Part shown: piece after piece, positions 10,898 through 20,545 of the stretch
Numbering within the stretch: the first letter of the stretch is position 1
Layout of the letters: each line of letters opens with the position of its first letter
Assembly: GCA_963697895.1 (NCBI GenBank)
Contig: OY969100.1
Span: 1,024,001-1,088,000 of the forward strand
Length of the DNA stretch: 64,000 bases
From: an uncultured Methanomicrobiales archaeon
GTDB lineage: Archaea > Halobacteriota > Methanomicrobia > Methanomicrobiales > Methanospirillaceae
Direction: 5' to 3'
Program-made: the position numbers and the translations under genes
The notes under the pieces: model-generated
What the model was told of the DNA's origin: nothing
What the model saw: only the letters and a program-made list of their open reading frames with translations
The model's database searches: none

Positions 10898-11103
10898 ACA
10901 TAAGTATACATTTGTATGCATATTATTTCTTCGATGGGGTACGATCACCGGAAAAGGTGTCAACAAGCCGTTCTTCCGGACGAATAACAGATTGTGTAAT
11001 TGTTGAATCCCGAGAAAGATCCCCCGGAGAAATTATTTCCCTGCGATTTATTCACTGGTCGAACCCCATGGATCCCAAATGGGAAAGATGGGTTTATACC
11101 ATC

Positions 11104-11538
11104 TCATCCCGGAATTTTCCTGCCTGAGCTCCGGATCAGCCCGTACTCGATCTCGTACCAGGCGGACGGGAGATCGAGGGTATAGGTCACGAGTCCTTTA
11201 TCTTCCGCTTCGGCGACCTGCCGGAGCAGGGACTGCTGGTCTTCCGGCGAATGGTCGAAGATGAGCCACCGTTTTGTCGGGTCGCTCATGGTCCACGACC
11301 GGGCCGGGATGTCATCCGGCGGGGAGGTCACGCTCTGGTCTCCCGGGTCGAAGAACGAGACGACCTGTCCGGCCCGGTCTTCTGCTGCGGCCGTCCGGTT
11401 CGCTGCCGCTGTGGCTTCGGCCTTTGCTACTGCGGTCTCCTGCTCAGCGTTCTTCTTTTTGCGGTTCTGGATGAATGCGATTGCCGCCGCGATGATGGCG
11501 GCGAACAGTTCAAAGAGCGGGATCAGTTCAGGGTCCAT
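11104..11538 (-). CDS. Hypothetical protein with an N-terminal membrane anchor and an Ala-rich helical stalk
   Basis: MDPELIPLFELFAAIIAAAIAFIQNRKKK; GGAG SD; start overlaps the end of the upstream small ORF. Confidence 0.8.
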   Translation of the reverse strand: MDPELIPLFELFAAIIAAAIAFIQNRKKKNAEQETAVAKAEATAAANRTAAAEDRAGQVVSFFDPGDQSVTSPPDDIPARSWTMSDPTKRWLIFDHSPEDQQSLLRQVAEAEDKGLVTYTLDLPSAWYEIEYGLIRSSGRKIPG

Positions 11539-11677
11539 GGTATTTCTCCTTCATGCGGGCGTGTTCTTCCCGGAGCGTGGCAAACTCGCTGCAGATAACG
11601 TCGTACTTCCCGATCTTCTGGTGGATTGAGAAGAGGGCGGGGTAGAGCGGGAGGACCGCGCCGAGGATGATGGTCAT
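11528..11677 (-). CDS. Small protein with a hydrophobic N-terminus and a helical C-terminus (49 aa from ATG; 54 aa from an in-frame ACG at 11692)
   Basis: MTIILGAVLPLYPALFSIHQKIGKYDVICSEFATLREEHARMKEKYHGP, read manually; GGTGA SD just upstream of the ACG. Confidence 0.6.
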   Translation of the reverse strand: MTIILGAVLPLYPALFSIHQKIGKYDVICSEFATLREEHARMKEKYHGP

Positions 11678-11714
11678 CAGTTCGTAGTCCGTGAGAGATC
11701 ACCCCCCACTTTCC

Positions 11715-12125
11715 GTGCATCGTTCATGAGAGAAACCCCGGGAGAGGCCGTCTTCCGTGCATGATCCCTGTTGAGACCTCGCCATGGTGGGATCGGGCAG
11801 TGCATCGTTCGTGAGTGAAACCTCGACGGGGGAGGGATCGGGCAGTGCATCATTCGTAAGAGAAACCTCGCCAGGGATCGATTGGTCTGTGCATCGTTCA
11901 TGAGAGACCTCGCAAGGGATCGATTGCTTTGTGCATCGTTCAAGAGAGACCTCGCAAGGGATCGATTGCTTTGTGCATCGTTCATGAGAGAACCTTGCCA
12001 GGGATCGATTGGTCTGTGCATCGTTCATGAGAGACCTCGCAAGGGATCGATTGCTTTGTGCATCGTTCATGAGAAACCTTGCCGGGGCAAGGATTGTCTT
12101 CGGTGCATCGTTCATGAGAGACAAC
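11715..12125. repeat. Array of 10 units, 42-45 bp period, conserved core GTGCATCGTTCATGAGA
   Basis: GTGCAT cores start at 11715, 11757, 11800, 11845, 11889, 11931, 11973, 12016, 12058 and 12103. Confidence 0.95.
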
Positions 12126-12272
12126 TTCCGGTGACGGCAGGCAGGATCCAGAAAATCTGCCGGAAAGGTTCCCGATCTTGCCGGGTGAGGGAGAGGACGT
12201 GATGAGGGGGGAGAAGAGGGGGAACTCTTCTCTCCCGGGTGACTCCCGCCGTTCCTGCCGTCAGGCGTTAAT

Positions 12273-12776
12273 TTACGCAAGGGCCGGGACGCTGTCGGCC
12301 CAGGTCTCCACCGTTGTCCGGATCGCGTCGTCCGAATACGAGGTGATCCGGACCTGGTCGCGGCTGAAGGTCACGTAATACACCTCGCCGTTCGGGTCGT
12401 GGCACTTGAGCGAACAGGAATAGCTCTCCGCTCCGGAATCCCGGACCGCCGTCCCGCCCATCGCGGTGGCCAGCGGTTCGTTCCCGAGGATCTCGGCGAG
12501 GCTCGCATTGAACCCGGCGGGGGTCTTTGCCCGTGCGGTGACGACGCCGACGCTGGCCGCCTCTTCGTCCTCGTAGACGACGTGGACGGTGTAGTTCTCG
12601 CGGTTCTTCATGACCGGGTCCTGCGGGAGATCCCCGTAGGTGTACGCGGTGCACGCGAACGGGTTGTCCGAGATCACGCTCTGGACGATCGCGGAGAAGG
12701 TGGTCAGGTCTGCGATCGGGGCTGCCAGTTCCCTGACAGCGGTCTTGGTGTTGGTTGTCTGGACGAAATTTGCCAA
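12273..12776 (-). CDS. Hypothetical protein (MANFVQ... family), TTG start
   Basis: 167-aa clean ORF with host-like codon usage; CHDPNGE..FSRD..SYSDDAIRT.VETWAD C-terminus. I recall similar hypothetical proteins from Methanomicrobiales. Confidence 0.8.
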   Translation of the reverse strand: MANFVQTTNTKTAVRELAAPIADLTTFSAIVQSVISDNPFACTAYTYGDLPQDPVMKNRENYTVHVVYEDEEAASVGVVTARAKTPAGFNASLAEILGNEPLATAMGGTAVRDSGAESYSCSLKCHDPNGEVYYVTFSRDQVRITSYSDDAIRTTVETWADSVPALA

Positions 12777-13124
12777 GGGTCTTCACTTCTGCCTCTTTTC
12801 AGGGAGGCAATGATATATGGGACGTATTCGATCTTAGCGTTTTACGGGGTGGAGAAACGATGGTTATATTAGGGCGGGTTTGGATAATGGATTGAGTTTT
12901 GGGGGCTGAATGGTTGCAAGGTAGCAATCGAAGCAAGAATAATTTTTTTTCATAAAATAATACACCATTCCTGATGTTATATTATAATGGAATATTTTGA
13001 AAATACTCAGAAATTTAATTGTACAATTGATTAATACACTTTACTGGCGATACCCTGAAATTCATCCGCTGGCTCAACTTGCGGGGGTATATCCTTCTAC
13101 CAATTACACGAAAATTTTTAATCA

Positions 13125-13150
13125 GTTCAAAGCCCGGCCGGGGCGTACCA
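13125..13150 (+). pseudogene. tRNA-Asp-like 3' remnant (T-loop, T-stem and acceptor strand); possible att site
   Basis: GTTCAAAGCCCGGCCGGGGCG matches the archaeal tRNA-Asp 3' end pattern GTTCAAATCCCGGCCGGGGCG; no 5' half upstream. Confidence 0.55.
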
Positions 13151-13379
13151 CTTTAGTATAGATTTCATCACCGAATTAAGAACCAGTCACATGTTATTGG
13201 TGAATGACGAAAGTACTTCCCATATAAAATAAAAGATGGATAATATCTATTTAGATTGAAAAATCACAACGAGATCCAGATCAACAAGCTATTAATGACC
13301 CTTGCAGAGAACCAGCTATAGGAAAATAAATTGTTCCTTATTAGAAATGAGTTTATAATTCCAAGCGCCGGGGCGATGG

Positions 13380-15362
13380 ATGCCGAACAAGGAAAAAGAG
13401 CCATCAGAACGTCCAATCGATAAGATTCGTCACGCCCTAATTGGTGCCAAAAAGAATATAGAAGACCCTTATCTTTTTCACAAATTATCCCTAATTCCCA
13501 TCCTTGCATGGGTTGGCCTCGGGGCGGACGGAGTATCCTCCTCGTCATATGGTCCTGCCGAGGCATTTACTGCGTTAAATACGCACACTTATATCGCAAT
13601 TTTTCTCGCTTTGGGCACGGCAATTACCGTGTTTATCATCTCCTATGCCTACACACGTATCATTGAAAACTTCCCGAGTGGCGGCGGGGGGTATATTGTT
13701 GCCAATCACACAATCGGGGAGAGAGCCGGTGTCATTTCCGGCTGTGCACTGATTGTGGACTACATTCTCACTATCACCGTCTCAATCGCAGCCTGTGCGG
13801 ACGCTATCTTCAGTTTTCTCCCTTACCCGTTTCAGGCTTTCAAGTTGTTTTTTGCTTCGATTCTCATTGTTATTCTCATCTTTCTCAATCTCAGGGGTGT
13901 AAAAGAGTCTGTAACCATCCTCGCCCCGATCTTCCTCCTGTTCATTGTGACGCATACCCTTCTCCTCGGGTACGGGATATTCAGCCATTCGACGGAGGTC
14001 GTGCCCATCGCCATTCAGATGCATGCCGGTTTCACAGAGGATATTGCCACAATCGGATTCATAGGAATTCTCGCAATCTTTCTTCGCGCATATTCACTCG
14101 GGGGAGGGACCTATACCGGGATTGAAGCGGTCGCAAACGGGATGCAGATTATGCGGGAGCCGCGGGTGAGAACCGGGAAGCGGACGATGGCATATATGGC
14201 TATATCTCTTGCCCTGGTATCTGGTGGCTTGTTTGTCTGCTATCTCCTCTGGGGGGTTCAGCCGGTACCAGGAGAGACCCTGAATGCGGTACTGGCAGGA
14301 GAGGTCTTTTCCGGATGGCCCCTCGGGAACGTCATGGCGCTCGTAACCATTCTGGCCGAAGGAGCACTGCTTCTTGTCGCGTCTCAGACCGGATTTATTG
14401 ACGGGCCCCGCGTCATGGCCAACATGGCGATCGATTCATGGCTGCCGAGACGGTTCGCAATCCTTTCGGAGCGCCTCACCATGAACAATGGGATTCTGTT
14501 GATGGGCGGATCGGCCCTCCTCTTACTCCTCTTTACCCGGGGATCGGTGGCCGCCCTCGTCGTTATGTACGCGATCAATGTGTTCATCACCTTCTCCCTG
14601 TCCAACTTCGGGATGTCCCGGTTTTTTTATAGAAACAGGAGTACAATTCCTCGCTGGAAAAGGCATATCCCCATCCATATCATTGGGTTCATATTGTGTG
14701 TAACCATTCTCTCAATCACTATCTTTGAAAAGTTCGGCGAGGGGGCTTGGCTCACCCTGTTCATTACCGCCCTTTTTGTCGGGCTTTGTCTTTTAATTCA
14801 TGCCCACTACAAACATGTCAGCGAGGGGATCCGGAGACTGGACGCATACCTGGAAAATGTCCCGGTTACGGGAAAGATGAATATAAATCCTGTTGATCCT
14901 CACAAGGTAACCGCGGTCCAGCTCGTGAGCGGTTACAGCGGATTCGGCCTCCGGACCTTCTTTTCCATCATCCAGACATTCCCGAACGTCTTTGAAAATT
15001 TTATCTTCGTATCGGTCGCCGTGATCGATTCCGGATCTTTCAAAGGAAAAGCAGAAGTTAAAGCACTCCAGGATTCCGTTCATGCCGATCTGGAGAAATA
15101 TGTCCAGCATGCACGGGAACTCGGTTTTGCCGCTGAATACCGGTTCGATACGGGGACTGATGTGGTTGAAACTGCGGTCCCCCTCTGTATAGACATTGCC
15201 GATGAGTTCCCTCACTCAACATTCTTCGCGGGCCAGGTTGTTTTCCGGGAGGAGGAACCGTTTCACAAAATTCTCCATAACGAAACCGCATTCGCGATCC
15301 AGAGGCGGCTGCAGTTTAAGGGAATCACGACTGTCATTCTCCCCGTACAGGCAGAAAAATAA
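13380..15362 (+). CDS. APC-family permease, KimA/YdaO-like (putative K+ transporter)
   Basis: ADGVSSSSYGP, PSGGGGY, LVDYILT-like, NLRGVKES, TGIEAVANG and PR motifs; soluble C-terminal domain. Confidence 0.85.
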   Translation: MPNKEKEPSERPIDKIRHALIGAKKNIEDPYLFHKLSLIPILAWVGLGADGVSSSSYGPAEAFTALNTHTYIAIFLALGTAITVFIISYAYTRIIENFPSGGGGYIVANHTIGERAGVISGCALIVDYILTITVSIAACADAIFSFLPYPFQAFKLFFASILIVILIFLNLRGVKESVTILAPIFLLFIVTHTLLLGYGIFSHSTEVVPIAIQMHAGFTEDIATIGFIGILAIFLRAYSLGGGTYTGIEAVANGMQIMREPRVRTGKRTMAYMAISLALVSGGLFVCYLLWGVQPVPGETLNAVLAGEVFSGWPLGNVMALVTILAEGALLLVASQTGFIDGPRVMANMAIDSWLPRRFAILSERLTMNNGILLMGGSALLLLLFTRGSVAALVVMYAINVFITFSLSNFGMSRFFYRNRSTIPRWKRHIPIHIIGFILCVTILSITIFEKFGEGAWLTLFITALFVGLCLLIHAHYKHVSEGIRRLDAYLENVPVTGKMNINPVDPHKVTAVQLVSGYSGFGLRTFFSIIQTFPNVFENFIFVSVAVIDSGSFKGKAEVKALQDSVHADLEKYVQHARELGFAAEYRFDTGTDVVETAVPLCIDIADEFPHSTFFAGQVVFREEEPFHKILHNETAFAIQRRLQFKGITTVILPVQAEK

Positions 15363-15782
15363 GTAATAATTGTCCGAAACAGAAATTGTGTAAAATGTAC
15401 CACATTCATTACGTTGACAGGAGACTAGAACAAGGAGATTTTTTAGAACATTTTATTTCTGGTAATCCTTCATGATAATGTTTTTATATTAATCTTACGA
15501 ACTCCCATGCTTAACCGGCCCAGGTCTTGGTGATCCCCCCAAATATCCCCAGACCCAATGCTGATTTATTATAACCCCTTGTTAATTTGGGCCGGTATTT
15601 TTCACTAAGGGGATTCGTCTATCATGTCTCAATCGTTAGTGATCTAGTATGTGCAATCGGGTTAATTTTCATTAACCCGAAAATGATTCACTTTTATACC
15701 TCGAGATCGATATGCCGATCGGTATTCTCCCAATCCCTCGATACCCGTCTGGAGAACAAAGCAGCACTATGGATTGATCCTC

Positions 15783-16961
15783 TTATCCTGAACCTTCCCC
15801 CGCCTGTTGTTCACCGGATTTCTTGGGTTGCGGCACCATGGTAACTTTTTTGGTGATCAGGTACCCGGCAACCGTGGCAATGACGATCACGAGGAAAAGC
15901 CCCCACTGGAAGAAGATGAGAAGGAGGAGCAGGATCACGCCAACCCAGCTCTTCAGGATGCAGACGATCATGCCGGCCATGACCGCTGCTATCGCAACAG
16001 GAAGAGGAATGGCGGGGATGAGGAGGCTGATGGCCATACCGAGCGTCCCCCCCGCGAAGATCAGCGGAAAGATAGGCCCTCCCTTGAATACCGTGGCCAT
16101 GCACCAGGTGCTGGCAAGGATCTTCACCACCACCAGGAAGAGCAGGGTGGCGGCACCCAGTGCAGCGCCCTCCACGAGGACCGTCTGGAACTGGTACTGG
16201 CCGGAGAAGAGGACCAGGGGAGCAGCGATGCCCGCCAGTCCCAGTCCAATCCCTCCCAGAAGTCCCCTGAGCAGATGTTTTTCGGAGAGGGGTTCCATCA
16301 GGCGGGAAAAGAGGCGATAGCAGTACACCATGGCGATTCCTGCCAACCCACCGACGAGACCGAGTATGGCCGCGTACAGGAGATCAACGAGGATGAACTG
16401 CTGGTATACCGGAACGATATACAGAGTGTCGGATGTCGCGGCGGTGATGTCAAGGAAGATGCCAAACCCGACCAGGGCCCCGGCGATGCCGATGATCGAG
16501 AGGCGGCGCACCCGCTCCTTCTCGCTCGCCCCTCTCTCCCCCGACCAGGTGCCCATGCTCCCGCCCATGTCGACGGCGGCCATCTCCGGCCCCAGGCTGG
16601 CCCCGAAGATCAGGGAGAGGAATATGGCGAGCAGGCCTCCGGGAAGATACTTCGGTTCGATCCTGCCGGATTTCTCGAATTCGATCATCGTCTTCTGCAG
16701 AATGGTCACGTGATTGCCAAAGTGATGCAGGCAGAGCCCCACCGCCAGTCCGCCGATGATCGTGAGCAACAGGATGAAGAGCGGAGTGTACGCCGGCTCC
16801 TGCCAGATGAGATCCGTGACCACCGTCTGGAGGCCGAGAAAGGCTACCATCGCGAGTGCAGCGGCAAAGAAGAGGAGGACCGAGAGGACGATGATCCGAA
16901 GGGAGAGGTGCGGTTTATTCGTCGGGATCTTTTCTTTCCGATCCGTAAAAAGGTGAACCAT
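15783..16961 (-). CDS. ClC chloride/fluoride channel family protein (short form)
   Basis: GASLGPE and KGGPIFP signature motifs; multi-TM. Confidence 0.8.
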   Translation of the reverse strand: MVHLFTDRKEKIPTNKPHLSLRIIVLSVLLFFAAALAMVAFLGLQTVVTDLIWQEPAYTPLFILLLTIIGGLAVGLCLHHFGNHVTILQKTMIEFEKSGRIEPKYLPGGLLAIFLSLIFGASLGPEMAAVDMGGSMGTWSGERGASEKERVRRLSIIGIAGALVGFGIFLDITAATSDTLYIVPVYQQFILVDLLYAAILGLVGGLAGIAMVYCYRLFSRLMEPLSEKHLLRGLLGGIGLGLAGIAAPLVLFSGQYQFQTVLVEGAALGAATLLFLVVVKILASTWCMATVFKGGPIFPLIFAGGTLGMAISLLIPAIPLPVAIAAVMAGMIVCILKSWVGVILLLLLIFFQWGLFLVIVIATVAGYLITKKVTMVPQPKKSGEQQAGEGSG

Positions 16962-17226
16962 GTATACCCTTTCTTGGAAAGTCGGTGACTTAAATATACT
17001 ATATTTGTCCTTCCTGATGCCCCGGGTATCTCATCGCCGGGATGAGTGTGCTTCCCCTGCCGGCAATCTGAATGATATCCAAAAATGATGTATGGAGCCT
17101 GCCTCGTAAAAAGAGATGATAAAAGACAAGTTGAGCAGGTTGATGAAGAGGGATAGTCCGCCACTCTGGCATTCTCTGATCCGGGGGGGGAGTTTATAAA
17201 TACAGGATCGTAAAAAGGATGTAATA

Positions 17227-17919
17227 ATGGATTTTCTGCCAAAGGGTCGGCTGGACGCCTTTGCAGACGGTGTATTTGCGATAGTCATCACGTTGCTCGT
17301 GCTCGATCTTTCAATACCGGATGTCGCCGAAACGATAACGACCGCTCTTTTTCAACAATGGCCTGTTTTCCTCGCATATCTCATTAGTTTTGCATTTGTG
17401 GGAAGTGTCTGGATATCGCATTCTTCTATTACCGCTCTGATGAAACAGGAAACTCCTCATTCCTATCGCCTTACGCTCCTGATGCTTCTGTTCGTGTCGC
17501 TCATTCCCTTTACGACGAAGCTCATGTCCTTTTATCTCTCGAATCCCCCGGTGATTCCGGAAATAATCGCCTCAGATATTTTTTCCTGGTGGCTGACGGT
17601 AAACGCAGTCGCGAGATCAGGGCTGAGCATTCCGGTAACAATATATGGTTTGGATCTCCTCGCTGCATCGGTTACTCTGAATGCGATCATGAGATCGGCG
17701 ATTCTGCACCCTGACGTGATTATCAATGAGTCCGCCAGAAACGAGCTGAATGCCCTGCAGCGAAGGCAGCAGTTCGGGATCATCGTCATAATCGGGACGC
17801 TGATCTGTGGATTTTTCCTGCCGGTAATCGCGGTAATCGGGTACATTTTTGCATCGATACTCTTCTTTATCACACCGACCATCCCTATTGCACGGGCGAG
17901 ATTGAGGAAAAACAGTTAA
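17227..17919 (+). CDS. TMEM175-family (DUF1211) K+ channel
   Basis: RLDAFADGVFAIVITLLVL, W..H and LIPFTT motifs. Confidence 0.9.
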   Translation: MDFLPKGRLDAFADGVFAIVITLLVLDLSIPDVAETITTALFQQWPVFLAYLISFAFVGSVWISHSSITALMKQETPHSYRLTLLMLLFVSLIPFTTKLMSFYLSNPPVIPEIIASDIFSWWLTVNAVARSGLSIPVTIYGLDLLAASVTLNAIMRSAILHPDVIINESARNELNALQRRQQFGIIVIIGTLICGFFLPVIAVIGYIFASILFFITPTIPIARARLRKNS

Positions 17920-18174
17920 ATTATTCAAATTTTTTTTAATTAATACCATATTCTGACAGCGATATATTCAGTGGTCGCCGAATCCACCGCCGAATTCAGA
18001 CGCGGGTGATTGCCCGGGAAGCAATCCGGAGAAATATAATACGTTTAGAAGGTAAATACGGGCTTGGAAAGATATTTCTGTGCACCTTACCGCTTGCCCG
18101 GGAAGAGCGGTTATTTATAAACATAGCTTCATCGTGTCACCCATCCTATATATACTATATAAAAAGTTGGTTGC

Positions 18175-18513
18175 ATGCAAAAAAATACTCGAAAAGATCA
18201 CGGGGAATCTAACCCGAATGCAGTGAATGTTGACGGAACTCCCATTGTTCGTGCAAGACTGCCTAAAAAATGGAAAAAAGAGCAATTTGCCCTTGCTGAA
18301 TTGATGCTTGGGGCAAATCACATTCGCGTCCGGTGTTCTGACGGTATTACACGGCTTGGCAGAATCAAGGGATCGATGAAGAGACGCACGTGGATCCGGG
18401 AAGGCGATACGTTAATCGTTGCACCCTGGAGCTTCCAGGACGCAAAGTGCGATATTATATACCGATACGTAAAAACGCAGACGGACTGGCTGCGAAGAAA
18501 TCAATATATTTGA
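18175..18513 (+). CDS. eif1a: Archaeal translation initiation factor aIF-1A
   Basis: MLGANHIRVRCSDG..RIKGSMKRRTWIREGD..PWSFQ..DIIYRY. Confidence 0.95.
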   Translation: MQKNTRKDHGESNPNAVNVDGTPIVRARLPKKWKKEQFALAELMLGANHIRVRCSDGITRLGRIKGSMKRRTWIREGDTLIVAPWSFQDAKCDIIYRYVKTQTDWLRRNQYI

Positions 18514-18752
18514 AGATAATCTTTTTTCCGGAGATCCATCAGATAACCCATACCATTCTCCCCGCTCGTCAGAACCGCTTCGGTGGTGAGCGTATGACAG
18601 AATTTTCCCCGACTGGTTTTTCCCCAATTCTCGGATTACCCGTGAAACGGGAATATTTACTGATAAAAGAATTGTTTAGCCGGTCATTGTGTTGGTGGCA
18701 GAGAAACTCCTGCCTTCAGGCTGGGAAGTGAATGCCACACGCTCTTCATTGC

Positions 18753-18986
18753 TCATGGTTTTACCATTTTCTTTTTGAATAAATAGGCTATACCGTTTGT
18801 TACCCAGGCAATCACCAATCCGACTCCAACACCTCTAAAGTAAATGTTGCCAGTAAAGTATGCTATCAAAAGGAAAATGATACTCAAAACGAACTCAAGT
18901 GCTATGAGTGCTGTAAGGAGATGTTGCTCCAAAAGTCTTCGTCTCCAGTCTGGCAAAATGATGTTATTTTCCTCCATGTTTTTCAT
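18753..18986 (-). CDS. Small two-TM hypothetical protein
   Basis: 77-aa ORF with two hydrophobic segments in an AT-rich context. Confidence 0.6.
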   Translation of the reverse strand: MKNMEENNIILPDWRRRLLEQHLLTALIALEFVLSIIFLLIAYFTGNIYFRGVGVGLVIAWVTNGIAYLFKKKMVKP

Positions 18987-19212
18987 CTCTTTTTAATAAT
19001 GTTCCCCATTTCTTAAATATCCCGTCCGCTAGGGACGAGGACGTCATATCAAATTAGGTCCTCCATTAAGAAAAAACTTCAGGAATTTATTCTCGATCGA
19101 TCGAGATATCTCATTTTTTGAAAAAATAATACATGGAGTTCATATATCAATCCCCAACATCTCATCGACACCGGATAAAATCGAATAAGGGGTCAGCCTA
19201 AAAGAAAAAGAA

Positions 19213-19620
19213 TTATTTCCATGCCCAGATTTTTACGCTGGTATTTCCCATCTCATCGGTATCGTATTCGTACACGAACGAGCTGCTGTTCAGTGCTGCC
19301 CACTTCTGAGACGTGGTCTGGAAATAAAGGACCCCCCGGAAACTCACTCCGGCTCCCTTCCCGGTCATTTTTCCCACTCCACTCGCTTTGTATATCGCCA
19401 TGTCCCCGCCCTTGGACATGATAACCCCGTTTCCCTCTCCGTACAGCATCCCGTTCGGCTGCATTATGGACCAGTACGTCGTCATGTCCATGACGTCCAG
19501 CCCGAGAATCTTTCCACTCTGTGATTGCGAGGTCTCTATTTTGGGCGTCGTCTCGTGCGGGGTAAGTATTCGCGTTCCGGTCACTTTTCCCTTCAATTCA
19601 CCGATCATTTCACCAATCAT
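19213..19620 (-). CDS. Hypothetical beta-rich protein
   Basis: MIGEMIGELKGK..YGEGNG..FRG..YEYDTDEMGN..WAWK; GGTGGAG SD upstream. Confidence 0.75.
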   Translation of the reverse strand: MIGEMIGELKGKVTGTRILTPHETTPKIETSQSQSGKILGLDVMDMTTYWSIMQPNGMLYGEGNGVIMSKGGDMAIYKASGVGKMTGKGAGVSFRGVLYFQTTSQKWAALNSSSFVYEYDTDEMGNTSVKIWAWK

Positions 19621-19996
19621 GGTATTCTCCACCTTTCTATGTCAATGACAGCTCCATCCCTGGTCAACCTCTTCACGATAGCGGTTGAAGAGTCCGGACC
19701 CGGGAGTTGCCACGTCGACAGATACGTTTGAAATGGATAATACTATCTCACGTCTTCAGGATCTCATTGACCCTTATGTGTGGTTTCTCTCCCGGTGAGG
19801 AATCGTAAAAAAGAATGTCTTCCCTTACCGGGCTCAGACTCTGCCCATATCCGGCCGCCGTGCCGTTCGACTGTTTTACGGCTGATTGCGGGGCCGATTC
19901 ACATCCCGGGAAGTTTTCAGGGATATTGAGCCGCTAAATAGATCAGATAATTTTTTAAGCACGGCATGAGATGGAAACACGAGTAGTGGAGGATGT

Positions 19997-20545
19997 ATGG
20001 TCGACAGCGGCGAAAAATCACCCAAAACCCTTGACGATGACCTCCGAGTGATCCGTGAATATATGAGAACGCAGAAGGAGGAAGTGCCCCGGTACATCCA
20101 GCTGCTGAAGCACGGCACGCTCGTCGAACGGACAAATTCTGCCGACCGCCTGGGTGAGATCGGTGATGTACAGGCCGTTCCTGCCCTGATCGATGCCCTG
20201 CATGATGAATCGACTGCAGTGCAGTACGTTGCCACGAAGTCACTGGGACTCCTGAAAGACAAGCGGGCAGTGGATCCGCTCATCCAGGCGCTCAAATCCG
20301 GGGAAAAATGGGTCCGTCTCGGGGCCGCTGAAGCACTGGGAATAATTGGCGATCCCAAAGCCGTTGATGCACTTATCCCCGTGCTCAGGGACGATCACCA
20401 TGACGTCCGGGGACATGCTGCCTGGGCTTTGGGAGAACTGGGTGATAAAAGGGCTATACCGTCTCTCACTCTGCTCCTTCAGGACGAAAAACCTGATGTG
20501 CGCAGAGAGGCGGAGGCTGCGGTAAAAAAGTTGGAAACAAAATGA
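19997..20545 (+). CDS. HEAT (PBS lyase-like) repeat protein
   Basis: Repeated A..LG.IGD..AV..LI..L.D units. Confidence 0.9.
   Translation: MVDSGEKSPKTLDDDLRVIREYMRTQKEEVPRYIQLLKHGTLVERTNSADRLGEIGDVQAVPALIDALHDESTAVQYVATKSLGLLKDKRAVDPLIQALKSGEKWVRLGAAEALGIIGDPKAVDALIPVLRDDHHDVRGHAAWALGELGDKRAIPSLTLLLQDEKPDVRREAEAAVKKLETK

Noticed and set aside
11715-12125. CRISPR array
   Set aside because: The period (42-45 bp) is too short, the conserved part is only ~17-22 bp, several spacers are copies of each other, and no cas genes are in the window.
11677-12280. ORFs 11677-12021, 11699-12280 and 11882-12202 as real repeat proteins
   Set aside because: Unit lengths are not all multiples of three, so the peptide repeat switches frame; these are most likely by-products of the array.
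13040-13095. c-di-AMP riboswitch upstream of the KimA-like gene
   Set aside because: A hairpin exists (ataccc..ccgc/gcgg..gggtat) but the conserved ydaO riboswitch motifs are not visible.
16965-17080. Fluoride riboswitch upstream of the ClC gene
   Set aside because: Only a partial GGCGATG match; the downstream conserved segment is missing and a TATA-like element lies between it and the start codon.
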